A DNA stretch of 64,000 nucleotides from a bacterium (GTDB lineage: Bacteria; Zhuqueibacterota; Zhuqueibacteria; Residuimicrobiales; Krinioviventaceae). This document shows, piece after piece, positions 1 through 9,516 of the stretch. Position 1 is the first letter of the stretch; the number at the start of each line of letters is the position of its first letter. A program made the position numbers and the translations under genes. The notes under the pieces were generated by a model, which ran no database searches, was not told the DNA's origin, and saw nothing but the letters and a program-made list of their open reading frames with translations. The stretch is taken from positions 96,001 through 160,000 of the forward strand of contig CAXXFV010000006.1 of the NCBI GenBank assembly GCA_963674595.2, in the 5' to 3' direction.

Positions 1-177
1 TTGCTGAACCAGAAAAGTAAAAGTGCCTATCAACAACAGATGTCCAATTTTATCCCCATGGGGAAACATGTACAATCTGTTTATAAAAAAAGGCAATTCT
101 CCTTTGTCGGCGCTAAAAAAAATCCATACCATGAAAATTGTACATAGCGAAATAAAAATAATGGAAATATTTTTCAT
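1..177 (-). CDS. VanZ-like membrane protein, 5' part only (runs off the window start)
   Basis: Hand translation from ATG at 177: MKNISIIFISLCTIFMVWIFFSADKGELPFFINRLYMFPHGDKIGHLLLIGTFTFLVQQ. TM helix followed by the DKxxH motif typical of VanZ-like proteins. Not in the ORF track. Confidence 0.7.
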   Translation of the reverse strand, partial: MKNISIIFISLCTIFMVWIFFSADKGELPFFINRLYMFPHGDKIGHLLLIGTFTFLVQQ

Positions 178-208
178 AAAATTTTTTATCTATCCCTACT
201 ATTAACTT

Positions 209-3106
209 TTAATAACCATTCAAAATACGTACCGGCCCAATCAAACCGGATGGCATAAGCGGGCTGTCTTTTGTATAGTGCCGGCCTGATGTAAACGTAT
301 AGCGTCCTGCAGGGCTTTTTTGACCGTTTTTGAACCAAGCCGGCCATCTGTAAAGTGTTTCCCAGTCTTTCCAGTCGGCGTCCAGGGGGAGTTGCTCGTC
401 CCCGATCATACGGTTAACCCAGGTATTAACAACAGCTATTTCAAGGTTATTTTTTCCGGGAATCAGCGCGTTGGAAATGTCAACACGATAGGGCGGTTTC
501 CATGTAATACCGCAATCTTTACCATTAAGTGTGACCCGGGCCATGACCTGGACATTTTTGAAATCCAGACAAAATTGAGCGGTGCTGTTTAATTTAACAG
601 TATCAGCAAAATCAAATTCGGTCTTATAATTTGCCGTGCCGGAATAGTATTTTACCAACGGATCAGAAAATTCGGACCAGGATTTCAAATTGTCGAGTGT
701 CAGTGTATCCTGCGTTCCCCAGTTAGGATCGAAACTCAGTTGCCAGGTGCTTTTAATTTCCTGGACCAGTTGCCAGGTAGAAAAAGGATTTTTTTGTGAT
801 TTATTAACAGTCGGTTTTTCCCGAAAAACAACAAACCAGCTCTGTGCAGGATTAAATTGCAGGGGTATTGTTGTATTGTTTTTGTTTTGCTGAACATTCG
901 GCAGATTAAAAATTTCCCCGGTTTCCGCATTCCATAGTTCCGGTTTTCTGCCTGTGATTCGAAAAGTGCATTCACGTTTTACAGGTTCCTGTTTGGTATT
1001 GGCGATGAAATACAGATCCGTTTCTTTTGTATGACGGTGGATCCACATCAAATCGTCACCTTTAAAATCAGGATCAATTTTGTCCCCGGCGAAAACAGTT
1101 TTCCAGCCATCCTTGGGAAGTAAAGGCCAACTATCCGCTAAATTTTTTACCCGAGTGTCGGATTCAGGATACCCTTCCAGACCGGGCGTACCGGTGATGG
1201 GGGATTGTAAATAAATTAAAGCGCCTTGTTCTTTTAACTCCTGGATCTTTAGGGCAGCCGGCAGAGTTAATTTTCCGGAACGGGGGAGAGCAAGGTATTT
1301 GTAACTGACGCCTGTCGGCAGATAAATTCGTCCCTGTTTGACCGACATTTGTTGAATGATTTCGCTTGTGCAAAAATCAAAGTCATAACCGAAAGGAAGT
1401 TCAAATTCCATATCGTTAAAGTTAAGCGGTGCGCCTTCATGATATAAACAGGCTACGTCCACAACCCTGCGGCCTTGCTGCAAAAGAAATTGACAGCGGG
1501 ACACATAATTAAAATAGGGTTTGCTAAATTCCCACCAGGTTTGATGGCGGTTAAAATGCTGTCCCCATTTTCGATGCGTCAGTCCCGGCACCATATTGTC
1601 ATAAGCCTGGTGGGCTGACAGGTGAATGATATAATGGCTGACGCCGTTGCAAAAGGCTTCATCACCCATAGCTTTGATGAGATAAGGGTGGTCTACCCAA
1701 CCCCGGCAGCCGGTAAAAGCTTCGGCGCCGACCCGGTTTTTACCATAGGTATTGGCTATTGATGCCAACCCTTTCATCGATGTATACCAATATTTACTGA
1801 ATGTTGGAAACGGATTAATAATATCTCTTTCCGTCCAAAATTCACAGATGGGAAAATCACTTTTACTTGCATAATCCAGCGTATTGACACACAGACGGCC
1901 ATAGGGTTCACAGGAAAATTGCACGCCATAGGATTTGATCAATTCCTTAAGCCGGTTAATATAGTTTGCCGGAATAACTTTGCTTACTGTCTGACGAAGG
2001 TCCCAAAGAAAACGGTCGGTTTTTTCACGACTTTCAACAGCCTGGCCTGTCAGGACGAGCAGCCAGGGATGTATATCATATCCCCGTCTGGCTTGAAACT
2101 CTTTTTCAAAATCTTTGGTCCAGTTTTGACCATGAGCTTCCCAACTGTCAATGTGAATATATTGCAGTGTACGACCGGCTTTATCTCCGGCCGCCTCAAG
2201 TATAGGTTTAAGTCGGTGTTCGAAATGCGTATCAATGCCGCGTTTATTCAACCGGTCGCATTCCAGGCCCACAGCCGTAATAGGGCAGGGGCGTGTCATT
2301 TTAAAATTACTGGCATATCCCAGCCGAATGATCGTCCAGTTTCCTTTCGGAGCGTTCCATTCTAGCCGGCCATCGTTTTGCATACGATCTGTCAGATCGA
2401 TAATATCTTTACGGTTCACCGGAACCAGATTTGTGTTTTCATCAAGTGACGGCAGATGGGTTTTCCATCCGCGACCATCAAAGTCTATAAGAGGGGCAAT
2501 ACGGGGTGTTTTGTCCAGTGATGAGGGATAGGCAAGTACGGCCACATCCCGGTACGAGTCGATCTCTTTTAGCGCCTTGGTAACCACCGGATTCATCGTT
2601 TGTCCCGGATTCATCCAGGCTGCTTTCAGGTTCGGCCGGTAATCCACAATCGGTTTTTCCAGGAGCGTTGAAATTTGTTTGCCGCCCTTAATTTGAGTTT
2701 CGCTCCATACCAGTTCCTGCATGGACAAATCGGGCGTAATATAGGGGCCTCCGCTGCCGTAACCGAAATCGACACTCAAATCAAAGTCCAGCCCCAAACG
2801 ATCCGCCTCGGAAATGGCCCACTGCATGGCCTCGTTCCATTCCTCTGTTCCCGCTTCAACCTTGCCCTGCGGCGCCCACCAGGGCCCGCTTACTTCCATC
2901 CATAATACACCGCCAATGCCAACGCGTTTCATGGCTTCCAGGTCTTTGGTAATGCCTTCCTTGCTGATATTGCCGTTAATCCAGAACCAAAACACCCAGG
3001 GCTTGACCGAATCAGGCGGATTTTGAAAGGAATGTTCCAGGTTTTGATTGCTGACATTACAGCTTGCAAAAAGAAAAAGTATCAGGGATAAAAGTAGTTT
3101 TTTCAC
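209..3106 (-). CDS. Glycoside hydrolase family 106-like (alpha-L-rhamnosidase-type) lipoprotein
   Basis: 965 aa. Lipobox-like FASC; 'FQNPP..KPWVFWFWINGNISKEGITKDLEAMKRVGIGG', 'HIDSWE', 'GAEAFT' and C-terminal 'GKNNLEIAVVNTWVNR..SGLIGPV' are typical of GH106. Confidence 0.85.
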   Translation of the reverse strand: MKKLLLSLILFLFASCNVSNQNLEHSFQNPPDSVKPWVFWFWINGNISKEGITKDLEAMKRVGIGGVLWMEVSGPWWAPQGKVEAGTEEWNEAMQWAISEADRLGLDFDLSVDFGYGSGGPYITPDLSMQELVWSETQIKGGKQISTLLEKPIVDYRPNLKAAWMNPGQTMNPVVTKALKEIDSYRDVAVLAYPSSLDKTPRIAPLIDFDGRGWKTHLPSLDENTNLVPVNRKDIIDLTDRMQNDGRLEWNAPKGNWTIIRLGYASNFKMTRPCPITAVGLECDRLNKRGIDTHFEHRLKPILEAAGDKAGRTLQYIHIDSWEAHGQNWTKDFEKEFQARRGYDIHPWLLVLTGQAVESREKTDRFLWDLRQTVSKVIPANYINRLKELIKSYGVQFSCEPYGRLCVNTLDYASKSDFPICEFWTERDIINPFPTFSKYWYTSMKGLASIANTYGKNRVGAEAFTGCRGWVDHPYLIKAMGDEAFCNGVSHYIIHLSAHQAYDNMVPGLTHRKWGQHFNRHQTWWEFSKPYFNYVSRCQFLLQQGRRVVDVACLYHEGAPLNFNDMEFELPFGYDFDFCTSEIIQQMSVKQGRIYLPTGVSYKYLALPRSGKLTLPAALKIQELKEQGALIYLQSPITGTPGLEGYPESDTRVKNLADSWPLLPKDGWKTVFAGDKIDPDFKGDDLMWIHRHTKETDLYFIANTKQEPVKRECTFRITGRKPELWNAETGEIFNLPNVQQNKNNTTIPLQFNPAQSWFVVFREKPTVNKSQKNPFSTWQLVQEIKSTWQLSFDPNWGTQDTLTLDNLKSWSEFSDPLVKYYSGTANYKTEFDFADTVKLNSTAQFCLDFKNVQVMARVTLNGKDCGITWKPPYRVDISNALIPGKNNLEIAVVNTWVNRMIGDEQLPLDADWKDWETLYRWPAWFKNGQKSPAGRYTFTSGRHYTKDSPLMPSGLIGPVRILNGY

Positions 3107-3116
3107 TTGACGCCTC

Positions 3117-3917
3117 TTACATATAAATTTCCGGCTCCTTGCGCTGGGAACAATTGCTTTGCAGCCATTCTGTTATTTGGTCCATTCTTGGATGTACAAT
3201 CTCCCGGGCACCGGACGGACAATTTTTAACACATGCACAACAGACGATGCATGATTCCTGATTTGTCATAATAGTGCTGTTTATGCTGATTGCAAAAGTC
3301 GGGCAGACATTAAAACAAATTTCACATTTTGTGCATAGCTCTTCATTTGTCGTCGGAGAAATTGCAAGTTTGGGACTGCGTTCTCTGTATGGATGATTTC
3401 CGGGAATGTTTAATGTGGACGTATTATTGTTTTGATAAAACTGCTCCAATACACTGTTGATGTCCTTCCCAAAGGATTCAGCCTTTTCCAGGTCTATTTC
3501 ATCCGGGCGACCATCAGCAATGGGTGTTTCTTCCGTGGAAAAGGAATGCTCTCCAATAAAAGCTGCTCCGGCGATTGGAATAAATCCATTTTCAGAAACG
3601 AGATCACGCAGCTCGACAAGAGCATCTTCATATTCCCGGTTACCATACACCACAACCAGGACAGCAGGTGTGTGTTCGGCCTTGAGTTGTTTTAACCGTT
3701 CAATAGCAACAAGCGGAACCCTGCCGCCGTACACCGGAACACCGATGATGGCCAATTCTTTTTCTGCCGCATTATCTGTTTCTTTTAGTTTTGACTTTCG
3801 TGTTAAATCCAGATGTTCTATTTTATTAGCCTGAATACCGTTTGCAATACTTTCCAGAACTTTTTTTGTTGTTTCGGTTGGTGAAAAATAGACTAATTTT
3901 ACTGTCGTAAGCGGCAT
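3117..3917 (-). CDS. Flavodoxin-fold / 4Fe-4S dicluster protein (EFR1-type ferredoxin)
   Basis: N-terminal YFSPTETT, PVYGGR and VVYGNR; two CxxCxxCxxxCP motifs at the C-terminus. Confidence 0.85.
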   Translation of the reverse strand: MPLTTVKLVYFSPTETTKKVLESIANGIQANKIEHLDLTRKSKLKETDNAAEKELAIIGVPVYGGRVPLVAIERLKQLKAEHTPAVLVVVYGNREYEDALVELRDLVSENGFIPIAGAAFIGEHSFSTEETPIADGRPDEIDLEKAESFGKDINSVLEQFYQNNNTSTLNIPGNHPYRERSPKLAISPTTNEELCTKCEICFNVCPTFAISINSTIMTNQESCIVCCACVKNCPSGAREIVHPRMDQITEWLQSNCSQRKEPEIYM

Positions 3918-4112
3918 AGTTGGTTCCTTTTCAAAATCGCTTGTTGAATCAAGTGTTTTCTATATGTTCATGTTATTATATTTAAGGCTGGTAATAAACA
4001 AATCGTTTGGATATATAGAGTAGCCAGAATTTTTGGAATAGTCAAGAAATTTTTGTTTGATATGCGGTATGTTTTGTAGATGAAAAATAAAACCTGGAAA
4101 CTGTTTGTCAAA

Positions 4113-4706
4113 TTATTTTGCTTTGCGGGTGCCTAACAGATCAGAAAATTTTCTTTTTAACCAGGACGTATTGTTTGGAAAAATCATCCCGGAAGCGTGA
4201 CGAATGTCTTCAACGGAATAAAAAGCATTTGGATTAAAGTGTTGTATGTTTGTAAGCACATAGGGCAAATAGGAACGTTTGGTTACCGTGAAAATAATTT
4301 GCACAGGTCCGGTTGCGCCGGCTGCATCCACAACTGTTACGCCCAGATCCGAAACTCTTAAAAAGTTTATCAGATCCGATGCATCCTTTCGTGTAATGAC
4401 CTGCACAACGACCATTCCCATTGCCAGCTTTTGTTCGATGAGAATGCCGATAAAATTTCCGATTGCAAATCCCAGGGCATAGGCAAAATAATTAACAATA
4501 TTTGTTAAATTATTCATAACCTGGCCGATTGCCAGCAGCCAGATAAATACCTCAAAAAAGCCAAGAATGGGGGCAATTTTTTTATCCCCTTTGGAGACGA
4601 GGATAATACGCAGCGTACCCAGTGTTACATCCATTATTCGTGCCAGGCATATTAACAATGGAATAACAATATAGGTAAAATAAGAAGAGTTTATAATATC
4701 GTTCAT
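4113..4706 (-). CDS. UPF0316 / DUF2179-DUF5698 family membrane protein
   Basis: 'ARIMDVTLGTLRII', 'GFFEVFIWL' and 'YALGFAIGNFIGILIEQKLAMG' motifs; C-terminal 'NPNAFYSVEDIR'. Confidence 0.85.
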   Translation of the reverse strand: MNDIINSSYFTYIVIPLLICLARIMDVTLGTLRIILVSKGDKKIAPILGFFEVFIWLLAIGQVMNNLTNIVNYFAYALGFAIGNFIGILIEQKLAMGMVVVQVITRKDASDLINFLRVSDLGVTVVDAAGATGPVQIIFTVTKRSYLPYVLTNIQHFNPNAFYSVEDIRHASGMIFPNNTSWLKRKFSDLLGTRKAK

Positions 4707-4786
4707 TTGTTCGGCTCTGTTTTGTTCAGCGGTTTCGGTTTTTTTGGTTATAGAAATTGATATATCAGTCCATATCTGTCAGTGGA

Positions 4787-4815
4787 AGTGTACAAATTTT
4801 ATAAAAGCAGTGCAA
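4787..4815 (-). promoter_or_regulatory. Putative sigma70 promoter of the DUF2179 gene (TTGCAC-17-TACACT)
   Basis: Minus strand aaaaaccacTTGCAC tgcttttataaaatttg TACACT. Flank and spacer resemble the promoter in the triplicated element. Confidence 0.5.
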
Positions 4816-4965
4816 GTGGTTTTTGAAATTTTTGGTTGATTTAGGGAGGGTATGTTTGAATTTTACAAAATTGTTAGGATTGCAGGGAAATATTTTTAGC
4901 ATAAGGCTATATATGAATATTAATTATAGTTTAATGATAGGTGGTTTTAAATTGAAGTTTGATTC

Positions 4966-5026
4966 TGATAATGCATGCATAACTAGAAAGGCGATAATCT
5001 TGTCTGAGTTAATGTGATTGTTGGGC
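4966..5026 (-). mobile_element. Degenerate attC-like integron recombination site
   Basis: Minus strand, 7 nt after the SEC-C stop: R'' GCCCAAC, 5-bp spacer, L'' CATTAACT ... L' AGTTATG (pairs with one extrahelical T), spacer, R' degenerate (ATTATCA). Confidence 0.55.
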
Positions 5027-5033
5027 AATATCT

Positions 5034-6128
5034 CTATGTATATTTTCTGCTTATTATTGACCATGAAGTAAGACGACGTGATAAATTATATTTAGGTGGA
5101 TAATAATACGGATTTTGATTTAACATTAAACTTCTTACAAAAGCTTTACTTGATAAATCGCATTTATTCCACCAAGACTCTGAAAAATAGGTATTCTCAC
5201 AATAAGCAAAAAAGAATTGAGGGATAAAACACTCAAGCTCTTCATTCGAGAGTTTCTGAATGTCATCAATGTATTTACTAGGTGCATCTGATTTTGTCTC
5301 CCAGAGGAATACAATATTTGCGCCATCATATCCTATATCCACACCAAACGAAAGCCACTCTATTTCTGCATTTACATCATGCAATGTTTGTAGATGTTCA
5401 CCTCTCAAAGTTTGGTTTGGTGAAATTCCTCCAGTTGAAGCTATATCAAGCGAGCCAGTTATTTTGATATGAAAAGTATCAAAGCCACTATAGTCATGAC
5501 GTAGATAAGAATCATCCATTATAGTTTTAACTCGCTTTAACTCTTCATATCCCTTCTTGAATCCCGTGTTCAGAATCTCAAGTTTTTCTTGATTTCTTTT
5601 TTGAATATCGATTGTCATTCCTCGATCGATATATTTTTTTATCGTGGGAATTGATAGAATCCCTCGTTTTTTCTGATATAATTCCCAACAAATAGCTCTA
5701 TAACCTATAAGAAAAATTTGTTCTTTAGACCCCGAGAATGGTTTAGATTCAAGCGTCGCAAATGTACTACTATCATGTTTATTGCAGAATGCCTCGAAAG
5801 TAGCTGCCTTACGTAAACCTTTTCGATGTACTTTAAGTTGATCGCTTTCAAGGCTCTTTGGATAGAAAGTTAAAATGTGATGATCAGGACTTTCTATTGC
5901 CTTTAGTACGCGCGATCGCTGTAATGTATGTGCAGAGGATATTTTTCCGCAAACATTGGGAGCAGCTTCTGGGTGAAGGCAAATAGGACACCTTGAATTT
6001 TTCGATGTTTTATCCCTAATTGCCTCAAAAGGTAGTTGGTTTTCTGATTCTCTGTTTAAGTGGCAATTTTTATATTTTAGACCGGACCCACACCAACAAG
6101 GATCATTTCTTCCAATTTTTTTTGACAA
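5034..6128 (-). CDS. SEC-C motif-containing protein (likely former integron cassette gene)
   Basis: N-terminal KIGRNDPCWCGSGLKYKNCH; further Cys/His motifs (CLHP..C, AHT, FCNKHD); TTG start with GGGAG RBS. Confidence 0.85.
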   Translation of the reverse strand: MSKKIGRNDPCWCGSGLKYKNCHLNRESENQLPFEAIRDKTSKNSRCPICLHPEAAPNVCGKISSAHTLQRSRVLKAIESPDHHILTFYPKSLESDQLKVHRKGLRKAATFEAFCNKHDSSTFATLESKPFSGSKEQIFLIGYRAICWELYQKKRGILSIPTIKKYIDRGMTIDIQKRNQEKLEILNTGFKKGYEELKRVKTIMDDSYLRHDYSGFDTFHIKITGSLDIASTGGISPNQTLRGEHLQTLHDVNAEIEWLSFGVDIGYDGANIVFLWETKSDAPSKYIDDIQKLSNEELECFIPQFFFAYCENTYFSESWWNKCDLSSKAFVRSLMLNQNPYYYPPKYNLSRRLTSWSIISRKYT

Positions 6129-6146
6129 ACCTGTCTACTCCCTAGT

Positions 6147-6207
6147 GCCTAACATAGTTATTAGATTCTAATAATTTATTATAAATCGATATTATATGTT
6201 GTTGGAT
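6147..6207 (-). mobile_element. attC-like imperfect palindrome ending in the core site GTTAGGC
   Basis: Minus strand ATCCAAC aacatataatatcgatttataataaattattagaatctaataactat GTTAGGC, immediately before the SEC-C gene RBS. L boxes are poorly conserved. Confidence 0.4.
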
Positions 6208-6259
6208 CAGAAAAACTGACCCTGTTTATCACTGGAAGCAATTGTTCTTTTTATTTATT

Positions 6260-6721
6260 TTATTGATTTTTTAATTGTGCAGCTTTTTTTTCTATCATTT
6301 GTTGTAGCTCTTGAATATTTTCCTCTACTTTTTGAGCACCTAATTGGCCGCCTTTTTCCATTAGTGAAGGCATTAATTTTATTGCTTTTATTCCTGTAGG
6401 TGTTCTATAAAAAGCATTTATCTCTTTTAGTTCGTTTGTAGTGAAAGCATCTGCATAAATATCAATTAAATCTGGTTTAAGATTTTTATAGCTCATATGT
6501 TTATTCAAAAAATCCAACATTACTTGCTTATATGGCTCCAAAGATGGATTTTGCTGTATTTGCAAATTCAACATCTGTGGTATTGTTTGCTCTAGTAACG
6601 TCTCCATTCCAATAGAGTTTAATAATATTTCAGCTTCTTTCCGGGATTCTTTATCTGCTGCAAATGTATATCCTGAAATTAATAGCAAAATAAGAAACAT
6701 TTTTAAATTAAATACTTTCAT
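6260..6721 (-). CDS. DUF2059 family secreted protein
   Basis: Signal peptide; 'IYADAFTTNELKEINAFYRTPTGIKAI' matches the DUF2059 F(Y)xTPxG motif. Confidence 0.85.
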   Translation of the reverse strand: MKVFNLKMFLILLLISGYTFAADKESRKEAEILLNSIGMETLLEQTIPQMLNLQIQQNPSLEPYKQVMLDFLNKHMSYKNLKPDLIDIYADAFTTNELKEINAFYRTPTGIKAIKLMPSLMEKGGQLGAQKVEENIQELQQMIEKKAAQLKNQ

Positions 6722-7009
6722 TTGTTAACTCCTTTACGATTTAGAACACAATGACAATCTTTGGTTTGCTTTATAGAAACAAAAAACTGTTAACTTTTGG
6801 GCATTTCATCAAGTCCGACCTTCAAGTTGGCGACCATTTTTTTAACCACATCGTTGTTTAAAAAAAAGTACTTAAATTTTGAATTTCTATTACCCCAATT
6901 TTCTTAATAACTATTATAGGCGGTTGTCCGAATTGCATTGCTTGGAAGGGCTAATAACCAATTTTTTTATTTATTCATTTATTGAATTCCACCAGAACAA
7001 TTCCTGTAA

Positions 7010-9145
7010 CTATTTGGCACATCGAAAGCCGACTGTATTGTAACAACTGCCCGGACTAAAAGCATATCGATTCTTATAATGTATATCTTCGGATTTATCC
7101 TTCCAGGAAGCGCCGCGCAGCACACGATGGTCACCACTTGAAGGGCCTGTTGGATTATTAATAGGACTCCTTTTATAATAAGACCGGCTATACCAATCAG
7201 AACACCATTCCAATACATTGCCGCTCATATCATAGAGGTCCAGCTCGTTAGGTTGTTTTTTGCCAATCGGGTGTGTTGCCCGTCTGGAATTTTTGTTATA
7301 CCATGCAACATCATTTAAGCGGTCACTGCCGCTATATTTGAAATGTTTGGATTTATTTCCGCCACCGGCGGCATATTCCCACTCTGCTTCGGTGGGTAAC
7401 CGTTTCCCTGCCCACTTTGCATATTCTTTAGCGCCAAACCATGAAACCATTGTAACCGGGTGATTTGCATAGCCCATTTCGGTTACATATTTTTTATCAT
7501 AAATTACAATTTTACTGTCTTTATTTGATATATCAAGCCAAAGAGCATTATTTGTTGCATGCCTTCTTTTAGCATTTAAAAATTCGCAAAATTGCTTATT
7601 GGTAACTTCATATTTATCTATATAAAAAGCATCCAATACTACTCTATGAACCGGGGTTTCATCGTAAAACTCTTTGCTGCCCATTAAAAATGTGCCACCA
7701 GCCACATATACCATATCGCCTAATTTTTCTGAATCATTTATATAACTAGTACGAGAACTTTTTTTTCTATGAGGGATTTTAAATTGTGCTACAACTGTTA
7801 ACACAAAATTATCATTATCGCCGGCAACAGGATACAACCATATTCTTTCTACATCGCGGAAAATATCTTGAGCATTACCTGATATGTCTGAGACAAGAAT
7901 ACTGTTTGAAACTTTTGTTTCGTGAATAAACTGCTCAATTTTAGAGTAACTTTGTTTTATCTGTTTATAAACATTAAATGCTGTTTTTGCAATATCATCA
8001 GCCGGGTTTCCTTCGGTAGTGACATTCACTGCATATTTGGCGACAAGTTCTTTTTCTTTTACATCAAGCAGTTGCTGCTCAAGTTCCTCTACTTAATCAT
8101 CAAAGTATTGCATTGCTTTATTTATACTGCTTTCCATATCATTGTCATCATAAATTACGGTTGTTAATGATTCAATGGTTTGTTTGAGATAGCTGCCTTG
8201 ATTAGCCAGTTTTTCTTCAAGCAATGCAATATCATCATCTATTTTGGCAATATTGGAAAATCCAGTTCTTATTATTTTTTGCTGTCTGCGGCTGGATGTG
8301 CTATTGGTACCGTCTATTGCTATTTTACCTAGATTTACTTCAAACTCTGTAGCTTTAATATCATCATCTGAAATGCCCTGGTTTTGTAATTTTGTTTTGT
8401 AATCATTATCGCTTAATAAATTGATAACAAGATAGTTTTCTGGTAGATCATTTGAATTGTCTTTTAATATATTTGATTTTTTTAGTGAAGCCACATTGAC
8501 CTTTATAAGATAAATAAATTTACTGCGATTGTTAATGGTTTTTGAAATATACTGTTTTTCAATAGTCATTTGACCGCTGACTTGAGAACTTATGTCATCG
8601 GTTAATAATTTTTTATTTTTAATGACAGTTAAACTTGAGATGAATACACCATTCAAGTCTTCTATTGCGATTGGCGCCAGTAACTTTTCTGCCCGGTTTG
8701 ATAATTTCCCTTTAGAGGCCCACATATCTATGTCATTTAACAATACAAGATAAAGACCTTGAAACGTTAAATTGGATAGGTCCTTTTGCATTTGTTGTTC
8801 GATGTCTTTACGACTTTGTTTTTTAATTTCTATTTGTTCCTGCATTTTTTTAATATCTATCAGTTTCAACAATTCCTGTTTGTCCATCATGACATTCGTA
8901 ATACTGTTTTGCAGGATCGCGATCTGATTTTCAACATCAATATTGTTACGTTTAATTTGAATTTTTAATTCATCAATATCGAGTGATTTGAAAATTACCT
9001 GTTCTGTTTTGATTTTCAGACTTATTGATGATTCTTTAATGTTGTTTTTTTCAAGCAACAACGAACTTGTTGGCTGGAAAATTTGAGAGTAAAGAGATGA
9101 ATGGATTAAAAACAAGAATATAATATTTAATGATTTTTTAACCAT
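7010..9145 (-). pseudogene. Secreted coiled-coil + formylglycine-generating-enzyme (SUMF1/FGE-sulfatase) domain protein, interrupted by one in-frame TAA at 8093-8095
   Basis: ORFs 8093..9145 and 7010..8029 share a frame (YFDD*VEELEQQLLDVKEKELVAKYAVNVTT). C-terminal part has GGTFLMGS, YEVTN, RLPTEAEWEYAA, DMSGNVLEW and GFRC. Confidence 0.8.
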
Positions 9146-9301
9146 TATGTTCTCCGGACGTTCAATACTGTGTTTTAGTTTAGTAATCGTTTGTTTTTTA
9201 GAATCAACTAGTTAAGCTTTATGAGAGGAACTGTGATTTTATCAAAATACAATGTGTTTAATCAACCAATAGTTTTCTTTGGGTAAAAAAAATAAAAATT
9301 G

Positions 9302-9470
9302 AACCTGACACAATCTCTTCCTCGTTTGTTCTTTGAATCCCGTATTTTAAGGTGGAAAATCAGCCAGGTTTGTTTCAGAATTATCCTTAAATGACCAACC
9401 CGTCTGAAAAACAAACTTGAACCGACAAAAGAATAATACAAATTCTATAATAACCGCGCAAGTTGTTTTT
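9302..9470 (-). repeat. Triplicated ~170-bp promoter-leader element, copy 1
   Basis: Aligns by eye with 10974-11140 and 17763-17932. TTGCGC (9456-9461)-17-TATTAT (9433-9438), internal hairpin, ends AGGAAGAGATTGTGTCAGGTT. Confidence 0.85.
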
Positions 9471-9516
9471 GGAAAAATTTTGTTAATCGGTGGATCGTAA
9501 AAGCTGACTCGGTCTG

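Noticed and set aside
7010-7140. FGE-sulfatase C-terminus (RVLRGASW...GFRC) as a diversity-generating retroelement variable region
   Set aside because: I found no template repeat differing at adenines and no reverse transcriptase or avd gene in the window. A remote DGR cannot be excluded without a genome-wide search.
8093-8095. Alternative genetic code or stop-codon reassignment
   Set aside because: TAA, TAG and TGA all terminate genes normally in this window; only one in-frame stop was seen.
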